A DNA stretch of 64,000 nucleotides from the human T2T-CHM13v2.0 reference genome, Homo sapiens (GCF_009914755.1 NC_060935.1); one strand, 5' to 3'. Counted from the stretch's first letter, positions 1 through 14,974 are shown. A program made the numbers and translations. The notes: a model not told the origin generated them from the sequence alone.

Positions 1-701
1 CTATGGTTTGAGTGTGCCCCCAGATTCATATGTTGAAACTTAATTGCCAGTGTCATAGTATTAAGAGGCCTTTAAGAAGTGATTAAGCTGGCCGGGCGTG
101 GTGGCTCACTCCTGTAATCCCAGCATTTTGGGAGGCTGAGGTGGGCAGTTCACCTGAGGTCAGGAATTCGAGACCAGCCTGACCAACATGGAGAAACCCT
201 GTCTCTACTAAAAATACAAAATTAGCCGGGCATGGTGGTGGGTGCCTGTAATCCCAGCTACTCGGGAGGCTGAGACAGGAGAATCGTTTGAACACGGGAG
301 GCAGAGGTTGCAGCCTGGGCAACCAGAGTGAAACTCCCTCTCAAAAAAAAAAGAAGTGATTAAGCCATGATCCCTCATGAATGGGATTAGGACTCTTACA
401 AAAAATAGCTTGAGGGAGTGACTTCATTCTCTTCCACTTCCCCGTGGTGTGAGGACACAGCATTCATCCCCTTTTCACTTTCCTACCTTCTGCTATGTGA
501 GGACACAGCGTTTGTCCCCTCCAGAGGATACAGCAGCAAGGTGCCATTTTGGAAGCTGGAAGCAAGGCCATCTCCAGATATTGAACCTGCTGGTGCATTT
601 ATCTAGGACTTCCTAGCCTCCAAAACAGCAAGGAACTTCTGTTCGCTATAAATTACCCAGTCTCAGGTATTTTATTATAGCAGCATAAAGGCACTAAGAC
701 A
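1..701 (+). mobile_element. MaLR solo LTR (MST/MLT1A-like) interrupted by an Alu
   Basis: Starts ctatggtttgagtgtgccccc..attcatatgttgaaacttaat and ends ataaattacccagtctcaggtatttt..tagcagca..ctaagaca, typical MaLR LTR termini. Confidence 0.85.
90..350 (+). mobile_element. AluS (Sp-like) with a ~29-nt right-arm deletion
   Basis: GGCCGGGCGTGGTGGCTCAC start and A-tail. Perfect 15-bp TSD AAGAAGTGATTAAGC at 74-88 and 351-365. Confidence 0.95.
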
Positions 702-949
702 ACATAAGTTGGTCCTACTTAGCACCATGTGGTTTTCTATTGTGAGGACACCCTTCCAACCGTAACAAAACTTAACATTTTTAGTTATGAAAATAATAAA
801 AGGAACATTAATTTAGTTGAGATTAAGTTTACATCCAATATGCTATTTCATAAACTTGGTCATAACTAAAACGGATTTCATATATACCTTTCCATGTTAA
901 TAGACACAGCTCTGCCTCATTCTGTATGATTCCTGCACAAATTTCTATG

Positions 950-1400
950 ATATGTATATGACATTTTTTAAAAATAATACTTTAGCCAGAGATGTTTAGA
1001 TTGCTTCAGTACTTTGCTATTATAAACAATACTGAAGTGATCATATTCACATATAGTTTGCCAGATTATTTCCTCAGGATACATTTCTAGACTGGAGCAC
1101 CTGTTCAAAGAGTATGCACATCTAAATTTTTGATATGTAATTTGGCAGCATGTTCTCCAGAAATGTTGTGCCAATTTACACTGTCATCATAAGTACATTT
1201 CTCTATTTCTGCAACAACTCCAAATATAAAAAGGATTTTTGGATTGTTGTTCTATCCTTGAGAATCTGAAGAGGAAAAAATTTGTTGTTCTATTTACTAG
1301 CATTTTTCTAACCGTGAGATTAAGTATATTTGTATTCCTTCTTTGCTAATTGTGTTTATGTTCTTTGGTCATTTGGTGGCCATTGAATCTGATTTGGTAA
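950..1400 (-). mobile_element. Ancient L1M(E)-type 3' fragment (similar remnants at ~2900-3500)
   Basis: Antisense L1M 3'-UTR-like phrases (ttgtgccaatttacact, aaacaatactgaagtgatcatatt). Highly diverged; boundaries approximate. Confidence 0.5.
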
Positions 1401-1429
1401 TCTGGCCCTATATTTATTGGGAATACTAA

Positions 1430-1430
<1 letters not shown>

Positions 1431-1472
<42 letters not shown>
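1431..1472. repeat. (CA)21 microsatellite
   Basis: Read directly from the sequence. Confidence 0.98.
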
Positions 1473-1475
<3 letters not shown>

Positions 1476-2288
1476 CATATATACATACTATAACTGTGTG
1501 TATAAATATATGTGTGTGTACATATATATATAAACAGAGATGCTGGTTTTCAATTTATTCACTTTATTTTGGATAAGGTTTTAAATTTTATATATAATCC
1601 AATTGACATATATCTCTCATAGTTATTATTTTTGACATTCTTAAAAAGGTACTTTAGAACTAATGATTTTTCACCTGTTTATTTATTGTTGTTTCATTAT
1701 TTAGATATGTCTGTTCTGTTTTGTGTATTTGCTTGTTGTTTGCTGTCATTTTATTATTTCATTTAAATTGTTGATGCATTTAATTGTTGTTCATTTAAAT
1801 TGTTGATTTATCTGGAATATGTTGTTGATAAAATTGAGGTCCAGGATCTTTTCCCCAATGCTTAATCAATTTTTCCAAAACCATTTATTAAATAATTCAA
1901 TTTTTGAACTTATTTTGTTTCTATTATTTTATACTACATTCTCTATAAATTTAATTATATTTATATAATCCACTTTTCCCATTGAGCTACTTATTACATA
2001 TACTGCTTTAATAAACTATAGTTTTTAAATAAAAACTCCAACTATATTGGAAAGCAGCTCCACATGTCTTTTTTTGGGAGGGGAGATTTTCTGGCTAATA
2101 CTGCAAGGTTATCCTTTTAATTAATTTTACCCATTTATATATTATACTGTCATCAAAGTTTATTTAAAATATACTTATCTGTAAAGACTGAATACAATGC
2201 AATTTGAGTTCCCATATTTTAAGCAACTAAAATTATTGCTGTCCTTTAAATTTGGTGATGTTATTGATTTCATTATTTAAACAATATA

Positions 2289-2493
2289 GACACAGAAGGG
2301 GAACAACACACACTGGGGCCTTTTTGGGGGGCAGAGGGAGGGAGAGCATCAGGAAAAATAGCTAATGCATGCTGGGTTTAATACTTAGATAATGGGTTGA
2401 TAGATGCAGCAAATCACCATGGCACACGTTTACCTCTATAACAAAACTGCACATCCTGCACATATACCCCAGAACCTAAAATTAAATAAAAAT
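2289..2493 (+). mobile_element. 5'-truncated L1PA 3' end (older L1PA subfamily)
   Basis: ggggaacaacacacactggggcc...tagctaatgcatgctggg...caccatggcacacgtttacct..aacaaaactgcacatcctgcaca..ccccagaacctaaaa followed by an A-rich tail. Confidence 0.92.
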
Positions 2494-4310
2494 AATATAA
2501 GCACATTAAAGAAAATCTAGAAAATAAATTTTAAAAAACTTCCATTTCAGCTTTAGTTAGCATTTACTATACCTTCCCATAGATAGGTAAATGTTTTCTA
2601 AACTACTGGATTTTACTTTGCTCAAGCCAGACAACACGAAAGTATATAAAGAAAACAGTTAGTAATCTTTCACCTTTGTATTTCTCTTCTACCTCAGGGA
2701 ATCAGTGCTATCAATTTGGCATTTATCCTTTGCCATTGTTTTTCTTGCTCATAGAAATATACAAAAAATATATTTGTACACATATGTAGAATTCTGCATT
2801 GTTTTTTCTTCATGAACATTCTCCAGCTCAAAACATATTCATCTAATTTATTTTAATAGAATAGTAATATTCATAATACTGATACAACATAAATTTTATA
2901 ACCATTTACTTATTTCCCACTATAAGCAGGAATAAACATACAGTCATAGCTATAAATATAAATATGTACATAGTTATTACATATGTAGTACATATCATAT
3001 ATATGTGTTTGCATAGTGTATCTGTAGTATAGATCCCAATAAGTAGGATTAAAATGTTTGCATATTTTAATTTAAGATGTATCAGATTAATTACCAAAAA
3101 TGTTGTAACAAGTCACACTTCCAGTCACACTGTAAAGGAGTTTCTGTTTCCACAATCCCTAAATAGCATTAGATTTTGTAAGACTTTCAAATCTTTGTCA
3201 ATCTATTGGATTTTTTTAAATCTTATTTTTGAGTGCCATTTCTCTGAATACTAGTGATTTAAACTTCCTTTTATCAGTTACTTTAATTCAGAAAGCAAAT
3301 TGCTCATTTTATTGTCTATTTTTCTCTAGGTTTATCTTATTAACATCTTAGGATCTTTTTGTATACTAGGCATGTTAACCCTTTGTCGGTTTTTGTAAAC
3401 CAAATAGTTTCTCCCAAAATATTTTCTTTTGCCTAAATATTGTGACTTTTGTACAAATAAATGTTTAATTTTAATGTACTCAAATATGATTTTTATCGGT
3501 TTCTTGTCTTATGATCTCCTCATCAAGTAAACTTTAACATGTTTTTAAATTATTATTTTTAATTACAAATCAATGTAGTACATCATAAAAATTTTGAAAT
3601 GCCAAGTGTGGGAGGAAAGAAGGTTGGCATGCTACATAATCACCTTTAGTGCTGTAGAGCATTTTTTCCAGGATATTTTTTTCTCATACATATTTTTAAA
3701 ACTAAGTTTAATCCCACTGAAAACATTAGTTTTGACTATAATGAATAGTATACTAGTTCTATATACTATACATCTTCAAAATTTTTTTGTGTGTATGTAT
3801 TTTCATGATGCCAAATTGACCTCCTAGGAAGTAAAAAATGTCTACTAGAACTTTTCAGTTCTTACCACCAGACTAGTTTTGCTTTTTTTGTATTTTTACT
3901 TTAAAAAGACATTTGACAAAGATAAAGACAAACCCCAGAGTGAATGCAGATATTTCACAGTGTGCATAACCATGAAGAACTTGAAGATTCTTATGTACTA
4001 TTTTTATTGCCTCAGCAAGTTCTGTAAATTAGACTTTGAAATATCTTGTGCACCTGTGCACCTGTGCCATGTCTCATTGTTGCAGACATGAACCTAGTCC
4101 TAATGGCATTTCAATTTTTGAATCTTTCTAGACGAGATATATCTTCTCTTTGTGGAAAAAGTGTATTCAATAGCTATAATGTCTGTATTGAGATAGTATA
4201 ATAAGAAAGCACATAGTGGACAGAGCTGTGGTTCCAACATAAGTAAAACATTATTTCCAAAATAAGATTAATTACAGGGTTTTCATATTCTTCATTTTTG
4301 TTCACCATGA

Positions 4311-4478
<168 letters not shown>

Positions 4479-5016
4479 TAAGGTTTAAATTTAAACATTT
4501 TCCTGATATGTTTTACATTTGTAATTAAAATAGGATCTTACTGGGAAGTTTTGTTCTGTGACCATTAAGGGTGGTGTTTCTAAGCATTGCATTTATAATG
4601 TGTTTATTAGGTGAAATCAAGCAAGGTAAAAAGGACAACAGTGTTATTATAGCAAATAATCTTAGAGTCCGTCTACTGTTTTTACTTGGAAATGCATCAC
4701 AAGTATCAAAATATTAAAAATATATTTAGAAGTTACATTCTGTAAATAGAAGTTATCTTAGAATAACTTCTTACCATCTAGATGGTAAGAAGAATGCAAT
4801 CTTCTTACCGTATAGATGGGGAAATTGCAACCTATACTGGCTAATCAAACTGCTGAATGGAGCAGTGCTAGTTTGTGGGAAGAAGCAGAACTTGAAGGAA
4901 CTGTCAGCTCTGTGACTAGAGATTTTCAAAAGGAATTTACAACTAGGGGTTTTAAGGACGCAAAAAATCCTGTCTCCCATGTATTTTCTTTTAAAATTTA
5001 AGTCCACTCTTTGCAA

Positions 5017-5247
5017 CATAGTTTCTCAGCCTCTGCACTATTGACGTTTTAGATCAGGTAATTCTGTCTTTTCATGGAGGGCAGAGGGCTGTCTTGTACA
5101 TTGCAGGATGTTTAGCAGCACCCTTGGTCACCACCCAGTAGATACCAATAGTAACCTCACTATTCCCCAAGTTGTGGCAACCATAATTATCTCTGGGCAT
5201 TGCCAGATGTCCTCTGGGGGACAAAATGACCCAGTTTAGAACCACTG
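5017..5247. mobile_element. MER20-like hAT MITE
   Basis: gcactattgacgttt...cattgcaggatgtttagcagca...cattgccagatgtcctctgggggacaaaat..agaaccactg terminus. Confidence 0.85.
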
Positions 5248-6062
5248 CTTTAGGTGATACAGGTTTTCTCAGCTCTTTCCTTACTTAAATAAGGTATTGG
5301 GGGAAAAATGTAAGAGGGCATTGGATTTGAGGAACGGAGAGGAGTTGGAGGCACATGAAACAGAGCTGTAGCTGGAGATCAGCCTTAGGTGTGGAAGAAG
5401 CGACAGGAGAAGCTGCTTCTCCTGCTTCCTTCAGGAGTAGCTTTGGGTGTGCAGCTGATCCGGATGCAGGGCATGTGCCACAACAGGATGAGCCCTGGAA
5501 TAGGAGGAAATGCACTGTTAACTCTGCTGAGGAACTGACGTTTTCTCAGATCAATGAAATACCTTTCTGGATATAAATGTCTCAGTTGTTTCAGATAGGT
5601 GATAAAGGGATGGATATTTCCTTTATGTATTGCATATCGTGGGGTCTTGTCAAAGGATTTTAACTTGAAGCCAGACATTTTAGGTTCGAGTTCTAACTTT
5701 GCCTTTTTTTAAAATTTTATAATAAATTGTCTACTTTATTTTAGAGATAATTGAAAATACAGAAGAATAAAAGGCCATAAAAACCCTAGCAAAAACAAAA
5801 CGAGACTATAATTCCATTCCAGAAATACATATTACTAATATTTTGAACCCATCTTTTCAGATGTATTCTATTCATGTACACATTTTAAAGGTATATAACA
5901 GTAGAATCTGACTTTTTTGATAATCTGTTCTTAATTATTTCTGCCCTTAACAATATAGAATGAGTAAATATTAAACTTCTGTAGTTTTAAACTTAGACAT
6001 GCTTATCCTGTATTCTGCTTTTTAGTAAAAGGCATGTCATTAATCTGGACCTAGTTGGTTCA

Positions 6063-6515
<453 letters not shown>

Positions 6516-6583
6516 TTAAGGATTTAAAATATACAGGCTTGTTAGGGAGCCCTCTTCCATAGCATTATTTGCCAGTGTCTTCA

Positions 6584-6600
6584 CTGCCACCTAGTGGCAG
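6584..6600 (-). promoter_or_regulatory. Candidate CTCF site
   Basis: Reverse complement CTGCCACTAGGTGGCAG matches the CTCF core CCA(C/G)(C/T)AG(A/G)(G/T)GGC. Confidence 0.6.
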
Positions 6601-7023
6601 GTGAAAATGAGATTGACTGGGTATCTAGCACTCTGCGTTTATGTAGATAGCGCCTGCCTTTCGTGTAGATAGCGCCCGACATCTCCATATTCATCGGTTA
6701 GGAATATAGACTAATTTCAAGCAAAGATGTGGAGGGCTTATGTTACAGTGACACCACACATTCAGAGGAGCACCCTGTTTATTTTCCATGTATGCTTAGC
6801 AGCTAAATTGGCATAGATTCATTCAGATTGGAAATTTTCGGAGCAAGGTGGCGGAAGAAGAAGATGACAGTGGGAGGGGAGGATATTGGCAAAAGAGTAG
6901 GTGAAATGATAAATTATTTGTTCTAGTATGGACAACGAATGGAGTGAAGCCAGCATAGCTCTGTAATTAAGAATTCAAGGTTTAGAATCAGATAGATGCG
7001 TGTTTGAATCTAGGTTCCGAGGG

Positions 7024-8421
7024 CAGTCCTTCTTAACATGTGGTCTGCAGATCTCCTTCAGGGGTCCATGAAGTCGATGCGATTTTTTATACTGAAATTA
7101 AGATATCATTTGCCCTTTTCATATATTGACATTTTCCCTAGTGATCCAAAAATATTGGTGAATAAAGTTTCTGGTAGTTTTGCATAACTAAAGGCAGTGG
7201 CACCAAACAGTATTGCTAGTGATTGTATTCCTCACCATAATTTGGCCAACATAAAAAATTTCAGTAAGAAGTTCAGTGTGTCCTCAGTGAAGCAGCAATA
7301 ATTATTGATTTAATAAAATCTCCACTATTGAATAGATGCCTTTTAAATATTCTATGTGACAAAATAGGAAGTGTGCATAAACCACTTTCTGCTGAATGCC
7401 AAAGCGTAATGGTCGTCTCAAAGAAAAAAAATACTCATGTGATCGTTGGAGTTACAAACTGAGCAAACTTTTTTCCAACATGAAATAATGATTGCCAGAC
7501 AAACTATGATTATTCAGACTTGGATACTTAGCAGTCTTTTACAGAATGCTCACTACTAGCTTGTCATTTTAAAGAAAATAATTGCTATATTTATTGCCAT
7601 TGAAAAAGTTCAAGCACTGAAGTGAAAGTTAAGAATTTTGGATAACTTTTGTTTACCACTTTGAGCCTAAAAGCTTCCCAATTTTTTTTCTGATAAAAAT
7701 AAATGGTGATATTAACAATTGTGAGTTTTTTCATGATCTATAGTAAAAAATATGTCAATATTTGGAAGAGCTGCATGGTTCCAGGAACTAATTTTCCAAA
7801 TAACCCATATTTGATGTTATAAAATCATGAATGAATAAAAGATGAATTTAAAATGCAAGTTAGACTTAGGGATTTTAATGTAACAGAATGAAAACGTCAT
7901 TGATATGGTTTAAAATTCCGCATTGCAACTAAACCTTAGAAAGTATCACATGTAGAGCTTTGACGGAATGTCAATGAAAAATATCCACAATTGTTTCAAA
8001 TACTATTAAAATAGTCAATATATGAGACCAGATTTTCTACTTATTCTTCAACCAAAACAACATATTGCAACAGATTTTATATAGAACCAGATATGAGAAC
8101 CTAGCCGTCTTCTGTTAAAACAGGCATTAAAGGGATTTGCAAACATTTAAAGTAATGTCATTCTCACTATGTTTTTCTTTTGGAAAATATAGGTATTTTT
8201 CTTTAAGAAACGGGTCATTTATATTAATTTACCTTAATATAAATTATTTTTGTTTTTAAATGAAGTAATAGACGTTTTCTAAATTTCTCAGCTTTAATTT
8301 CAAATATCTTAAAATATCAATAGATACACCTCTGTGAAAAAAAGAAAAAAGCTTCTTCAGATCCTCAATAATTTTTCTAAATGCAAAGGGGTTCTGAGGG
8401 CAAACGTTTTTGGAATTATAG
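7024..8421. mobile_element. Charlie1a-like hAT DNA transposon, inserted into a MIR
   Basis: Left end cagtccttcttaacatgtggtctgcaga..ttcaggggtccatga; right end tcctcaataattttt..aaaggggttctgag..tttttggaattatag. MIR halves lie at ~6950-7020 and ~8425-8525. Confidence 0.75.
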
Positions 8422-8539
8422 GCCTACAGGAAGTTACTTAGTCCCTTTAAACTTCAATTCTTTAGTCATTATGATGGAGATAAAATATATATGTTTTAAG
8501 GTTGTTGTAAAAATTAATTTTAACAATTCTTTGAACTCA

Positions 8540-10460
8540 CCTGGATCTCTAAAGCATTGGTCATAATAACTCATTCTTGCCCCTCCCCTTTCCTTTGATG
8601 TCCTCTTTTCCATCCTTAACCATCTTACAAACCAGTTGCCCAATCACCGTAACCACTTCCTTGGATACGCAGGTCCTTTCCCCCATTCACTTTGTTACGG
8701 AATTGCAGAATCACATCGTTGGTTCTCCAGACTCTTTGTCTACTCTGCACTGCACTCATGCAGCTGCATGCAAATGAAGGAAAATGAACAACCACACTGA
8801 CTAGTTTCACTTTAAATTTGTATCACATACTTTGTGTGGACCTGACAAACGTATTTTATTTTTCTAGTCCATTTGCCCGTCTACTTTTTTAGAGAAGTTT
8901 GTCATAGCTTCTCCTTGCTCCTCAAGCCTTCTGAACCTCCTTTTTTATTCTCACTCTGACCTGATCTTGCTTCCTACTTAAGAAAAATTGAATCAATTAG
9001 AAAAGATCTTCCACAGACGTCTATTATCACATCTTCCTACCTACAGTATGTGTCCCATGTAGCCTGCCTCCTCCAAGTTCCTAGAAATAGAACCATCTGT
9101 GCTCCCATATTGAAGGCAAAATTCCTCCACTTGTGCCCTGGATCTCTTCTTCTTTCCCTATCTGAAACCATCATTCTAGTAATTCACCCCTTTTTCTCAT
9201 ACATTATGTATTTTGCCTCTATTTACATTTTCACATTAACATTGAAACATGCTTTTATTCTTCTAGTCAATAGATAAAGTCCTCCCTTGTCCTGGCTGCC
9301 TTCCAGTTACATCTTTATGTCTTTGCTCCCATTTATAACAGAAACTACATCCAAAGAGTTTTCTGTTCCTATGTTCTCCAATTCCCCTTCTCTTCTTCCC
9401 TTTTAAACTCTCTTCGATAATGTGTATGCCCCATGGCTCCGTTGAGATGTCATGATGACTTTCACATTGTCAAACCCACTGGTCGACTCCAGTTCTCACA
9501 TCATTTGGCTTCTCAGCAGCATTTGATAATTGAGCATTCCCTTCTTAATGTACTTTATTCACTTGACTTTCAGAAAGCCACATAATTTCGGTTTTCCTGC
9601 TACCCCACCAGCCACATCTGCCAAGTCATGTCTGCTAGTTCTCCTCATCTCTCAGCTTTAGTTTTGGAGTTCCCCAAGGGCTCAATCTATGGACTTATTA
9701 TCTTCTGTATTTCTATTTATTTCCTTGACCATCTAATTCAGTTTCATGGATCGATCTACGCTCATACCTGAATTCTAGCCTTGAATATTCCACCGTCTGC
9801 TTGGCATCTCCTCTTACCTGTCTAATAAACATCTAAAACTTGCCGTGCCCAAATTTAAAGTCCGAATTTCATCCAATCCTGCTTAACCTTCAGTCTTGCC
9901 CATATCAATTAACAGCAATTTCATATTTATAGTGGCTCGGGCCATGATCCTTGGCAATCAGCCTTGAATACTTTTTTTTTCCACGCCCCACACAACCCAC
10001 TGGAAAACATGTTGACCCTGCTTTCTAAACATCCCCTTTTCATACCACTTCCACTGCCACCACCTAGCTCAAGACACTATCATCTCTCACCTGGATCCTT
10101 GAATAATCTTACTTAAAACTTAAGTTCATTCATGTAACTCATGTGCTCAAAACTCAGTAGTGTCTTCTTATTTCACTCTAAGAGCCAAAATCCTCCTTAA
10201 ATTCATACAAAGGGAGCTTCTTCTCTGAGCTCGTTTTCCGGCACTATTTCCCTCCCTCCCTTTGTTTCCACCACCACCGCCCTCTCACAGTCCCCAGTAC
10301 GTGCCAAGGTCTCTGCTTTTTCTGCTTGAAACTGTCCATCCCCAGATACCCTCACGGCTGCCTCTTTCAACTCCTAATCTTTCCTCGTGTTATCTTCCTA
10401 AAAAAGTCTACCCTAAGGACTCTGCGTGAAATTTTAAACCCCTAATTCCAATTTCCCTTA
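8540..10460 (+). mobile_element. L2 fragment; its 3' end resumes at ~12140-12360
   Basis: Pyrimidine-rich L2 phrases (ctcagcagcatttgat, atattccaccgtctgcttggcatctcc, actatcatctctcacctgga). 3' end ctagaatgtaagct..ttgttcactg..aataaatat at 12240-12350. Confidence 0.8.
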
Positions 10461-10469
10461 GCCTAATCT

Positions 10470-11590
10470 ATTATGTTGTGAGGTGGTCAAAACTTTACAT
10501 TACTTTCTTTAAGAACATCCAATTTCTCCAGCACCATTTCTTGAAAAGACAATTATTTCACCAAGGATTGCAGTGCCATTTGTGTCATAAATCAGGTGAA
10601 TGTGTATTTGTGGATCAGTTTTTGAACTATCTCCTCTTCATTGGTCTATTGCCTTTCCTTGTATGAAGATCACAGTGTCTTAATTACTGTAACTTTACAG
10701 TAAGTCAATATTATGTGCTGTAATCTTCTGTACATTTTCTTCTTCAACATCGACGTTGCTAATATAGATTCTTTACATTTACATATAAACTTTAGATTCA
10801 ATTTATCAGTTACCATTTTTTAAAAATTTGAGAGAATTGACATTTTAACAACCAATCTTGAAACATGCTGACTCCATTTATTTAAGCGTTCGTTGAATTC
10901 TCTGAGACATGTGGTTTGGTTGTTTGTTTTTAGATCCCAGTGTAGAGGTCCTATATGGCATTTTTAGATTTATGCCCAGATATTTGGTATTTGTAATGTC
11001 ACTATAAATAGTATTTATTTAAATTTTATTTTCTTTTGTTTGCTGCTAGTATATAGAAATATTTTTCTATATTGACCTTGTATCTATCTAGTGACCTTGA
11101 TAAATTCACTCATTAATTCAAATGGTTTTTAGATTATTTTATATTTCCTATGTATATAACTATACCATATGTGAATAAAGTCATATTTATATATTGTTTC
11201 TTTATGTTAATTCCAGTTATGTCTTTTTCTTCTACTTGTGTAGGCAATGTTGAATAGAAATAGTTACAAGGGAAACGTTTGTCTTCTCCCTGGCTTCAGG
11301 AGAAAGTGTTCAACATATGAAGCATTTCACTGTTAAATATGATATTAGCTATATGTATTTATGTAGATATTCTTCATCACATTAAGATCCTACCAGATTT
11401 TTGGTTTGTTGAATAGAGTTTATTATGTCTCCAGTTGAATTATATAAAACATTTGTTTATTTATTAATATGATCATATGATTTTCTTTTTGTTCTGTTAA
11501 TGTAGTGAGTTCCACTGAGCGATTTTATATGATAGAAAAAACCTTGTATTGCGAGAATTAGCTCCACTTGGTCATGAGATTCATTTGTGA
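10470..11590 (-). mobile_element. Old L1M fragment inserted into the L2
   Basis: Antisense L1 ORF2 phrases: ccagcaccatttcttgaaaagac, aatgttgaatagaaatagt, ccacttggtcatg. Confidence 0.8.
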
Positions 11591-12668
11591 TCTATAGAAA
11601 ATTTAAACTTATCTTTCTGCCCCCACTGCCTCAAAAGTTTGAGAGGCTGTGTGTTAGTGGCAGGCCCCCTCCTTCTTGCAGCAGGATTTGTAGAAGGCCT
11701 TTTTCTCTTAAGTGCTGTGACACTCTAGAAGATTTCATTCTGCCTTTTGAAAATCAAATCACTCCCACCCCCAGCTTTCCAGGCTGCCCAAGAACTTAGC
11801 AAATATCTCATGAGAAAACATCCAGGCATTTGGGGCTTCTGTACCTTCCCATCTGTCACATCAGCCCCATGCAATTGGTAAAATTCATTGGTTTCTATTG
11901 CCCTTGGTAGAGACACTCTGACTTGCTGAGCCTAATTCTTAGTATTCACCCAGATTTGACAAATGAATGCCTCCAGGAAAGGGAAAGAATAGGTGATTGC
12001 CAATTTCCCTAGGAAGGACTTTTCTCTCTCTGGAACATTCATGTAGTTCTTGTTTCCATACATCTTCAATGTCTTTAAAAACTTGATTTTTGTTACCGTA
12101 GGAATGCTGACTTAACAATATCCCATCTGGAAGAATTACTTCATTTTTATTTTCATAGCACTTACTGCATTTTAACATTCTATACAATCTACTTATTAAT
12201 TATGTTTATTGTGTGCATCTCTCTCCCCTCTCCCACCCTGCTAGAATGTAAGCTACACAGGGATAGGGGTTTTTGCCTGTTTTGTTCACTGTTAAGTATC
12301 AAGCATCGATAATTTTTCCAGCAAATCATAGGTCTTGAATAAATATATATGTTTAATAAGTTAAGTAAAAAATAAGCAATGTTTATTAACTACTTAATTA
12401 TAATTGAATAATATTATGTGCATGCATATTTATAAAACATATTTTATAGAGTTTTAATGCATAGAAAGTAATTAGCAAAATATCTAGTGTGTAGTAACTA
12501 CTTAATAAACATAAACCAGATGAAAAGGCAAGATAGGAATTATTGGGAGAAAACGGCAGGGCAGGAATCTGTCTCATTAAGGTACAATTATGAGAGTTAG
12601 GGAATGGAATAAAAGAGCTTGGTTGCTAAAAGTTTATCATTAGAATGGAAAGAATAATACATTTGTAA

Positions 12669-12836
<168 letters not shown>

Positions 12837-12961
12837 TAATAGTTATCTTTCCTGCTTGCTTTCACCATTCCAAGTACTCCCCCCTGCATGTTAATGAGGA
12901 CATTTAAACTGTTATTTTGGCATTTTGGCAAATCAAGAAAATTCGGGCCTCCACTCTTTGA

Positions 12962-13123
<162 letters not shown>

Positions 13124-14489
13124 TGAAAATTACTATAGATAAATGCTTTTCTAAATGATTTATCAGTTGCCTCTTTGAAATCAGTTCCTCAGACTTCCAT
13201 AAAAACACTTAAGTAGGTCCCGTAAAAGGCTTTAATACAATGAAAGCATTATTACAAGTACAGAAAAGCAAGAGCTGAATAATGTAAGAGTGTACATTAA
13301 TTTAAATACCAGGAAATCAGCGTTAATAAAAAAGCTACTGCACAGTTGAGCTGAAAACTTTTGAGCCTCCTACTTTTGAGCCTTTTAGTAACCAAGTTTA
13401 AAAAGGAAAGGATGATTTTCATCATCCAATAAAAGAATCCATATCGATTCATTGGGATGGAAAAAACTGATTTTCTGAACAATCAATTCCAATTACAGTT
13501 GATCACTTATATATTTGTGTAAGCAACACTGGATGGTTCAATAAATTGTGCTTGAGAACATTTTATTTAAAAATTCAGAGACTTTGATTATCAGATCCAT
13601 ACAATAATATCTGATTGTAATCCTGTGAAGAAATTTGGCAGAAGCTATTGTATTATTGCCTTGTTTAGCATACAATTATTTCAATACAGTGAATAATTTA
13701 GCACTGGGATATATTGAGTATCTACTCTCTGAGGTACCACTAAGGTCAATAAAAAGACTTTAAATGAATCTGTTTTATATGGCCACACCAATTAATTCAG
13801 AGAAAAGGTAGCTATGACTAAGACTTTTGGAACAAATATTTTTAAAGGTAATACACCTCTCAACTGATCTCCAAAAAGTACTTCAAATTTTTTAGTGAAG
13901 TATCCTTCATCTTTAAAATGAAATGCTTACCCCTAAGGGTATCATCGAGGACTGAAATTCTGTTATTTAACGACTTTGCACCTATATACATGTCTCCTGA
14001 TGAAGTGAGAGTGTCTAATATAAGAGTTAAGGCATATTTCCAACCCGGTGATTAAAAAAACTTCTGTTGTGTTTTTATTTACACTTCTCCCCCCATCTTA
14101 TTTTGGAGCTCAAATGAACAAAGTTAATAGAGTGCATGGATTCAAAGCAAACTGTCATCATTGATCCATGTAATTTCCTCACTATTTTTTTCTTCTTCTT
14201 TCACCACTGCTAATTCCATTACCCACCCATTCCAAAAACATCCACTCCCTTTTCATCCGTATAAATTCTTCCACATATTTACTTGCATATGTGTTTGTTT
14301 ACAAAAAAAAATACATAGTATTAATTTGAGTGTTCTTTTTCAAAATTACTTCAATGGTATTGTTTCATGAAACTTATTTTGTGCCTTACCCATTTTACTG
14401 TTTTTAGATATATAGAGAGCTAGCCATGAGATTGATCCACGTTTAGAACATTTTTTCTGTCTTCCGTATGATATTTCATCAAATGTATT

Positions 14490-14855
14490 AATCCTTTGTC
14501 AGGTGGATAGTTTGGAAATATTTTCCCCATTCTATCAGTTGTCTATTCACTCTGTAGATGTTTTTTATTTGCCATGCAGGAACTTTTTAGCTCGATATGA
14601 TCCCATTTGTCTATTTTTGATTTTATTGCCCATGCTTTTGAGTTCTTACCCCAAAAAAATCTCTGCCCAGGTCTATGTCCTAAAGCATTTCCCCAGTGTT
14701 TTTCTTCTAGTGGTTTCATAGTTTCAGGACTTAACTTGTCTTTAATCCATTTTGAGTTTATTTTTGAATTTGGTAAGAGATAGGGGTCTAGTTTCATTCT
14801 CGTGCACATAGATATCCAATTTTCCCTCCACCATTTATTGAAGAGACTATCTTTT
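14490..14855 (-). mobile_element. L1 (L1PB/L1MA-like) ORF2 C-terminal fragment
   Basis: ORF 14543-14809 reads MKLDPYL..KINSKWIKD..KIDKWDHIELKS, diagnostic of L1 ORF2p. Confidence 0.92.
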
Positions 14856-14974
14856 ATTGTATTAAATATTTTCCCCTTAGAGCGCCATTTAGAATGAGTT
14901 GAATAAACTTTTTAATTATAAGATACTTCTGCATTAAGTTCTAATAGTCAGTGTTATTAAAATTATACTAACTT

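Noticed and set aside
448-510. Direct repeat TGTGAGGACACAGC x2
   Set aside because: Lies within the MaLR LTR and is most simply part of that element.
5285-5678. Three overlapping ORFs in a GC-richer intron patch
   Set aside because: No recognisable domain and no convincing splice-site pair in phase with ANO3.
14543-14809. Functional L1 ORF2
   Set aside because: A short, degenerate fragment without endonuclease or RT domains.
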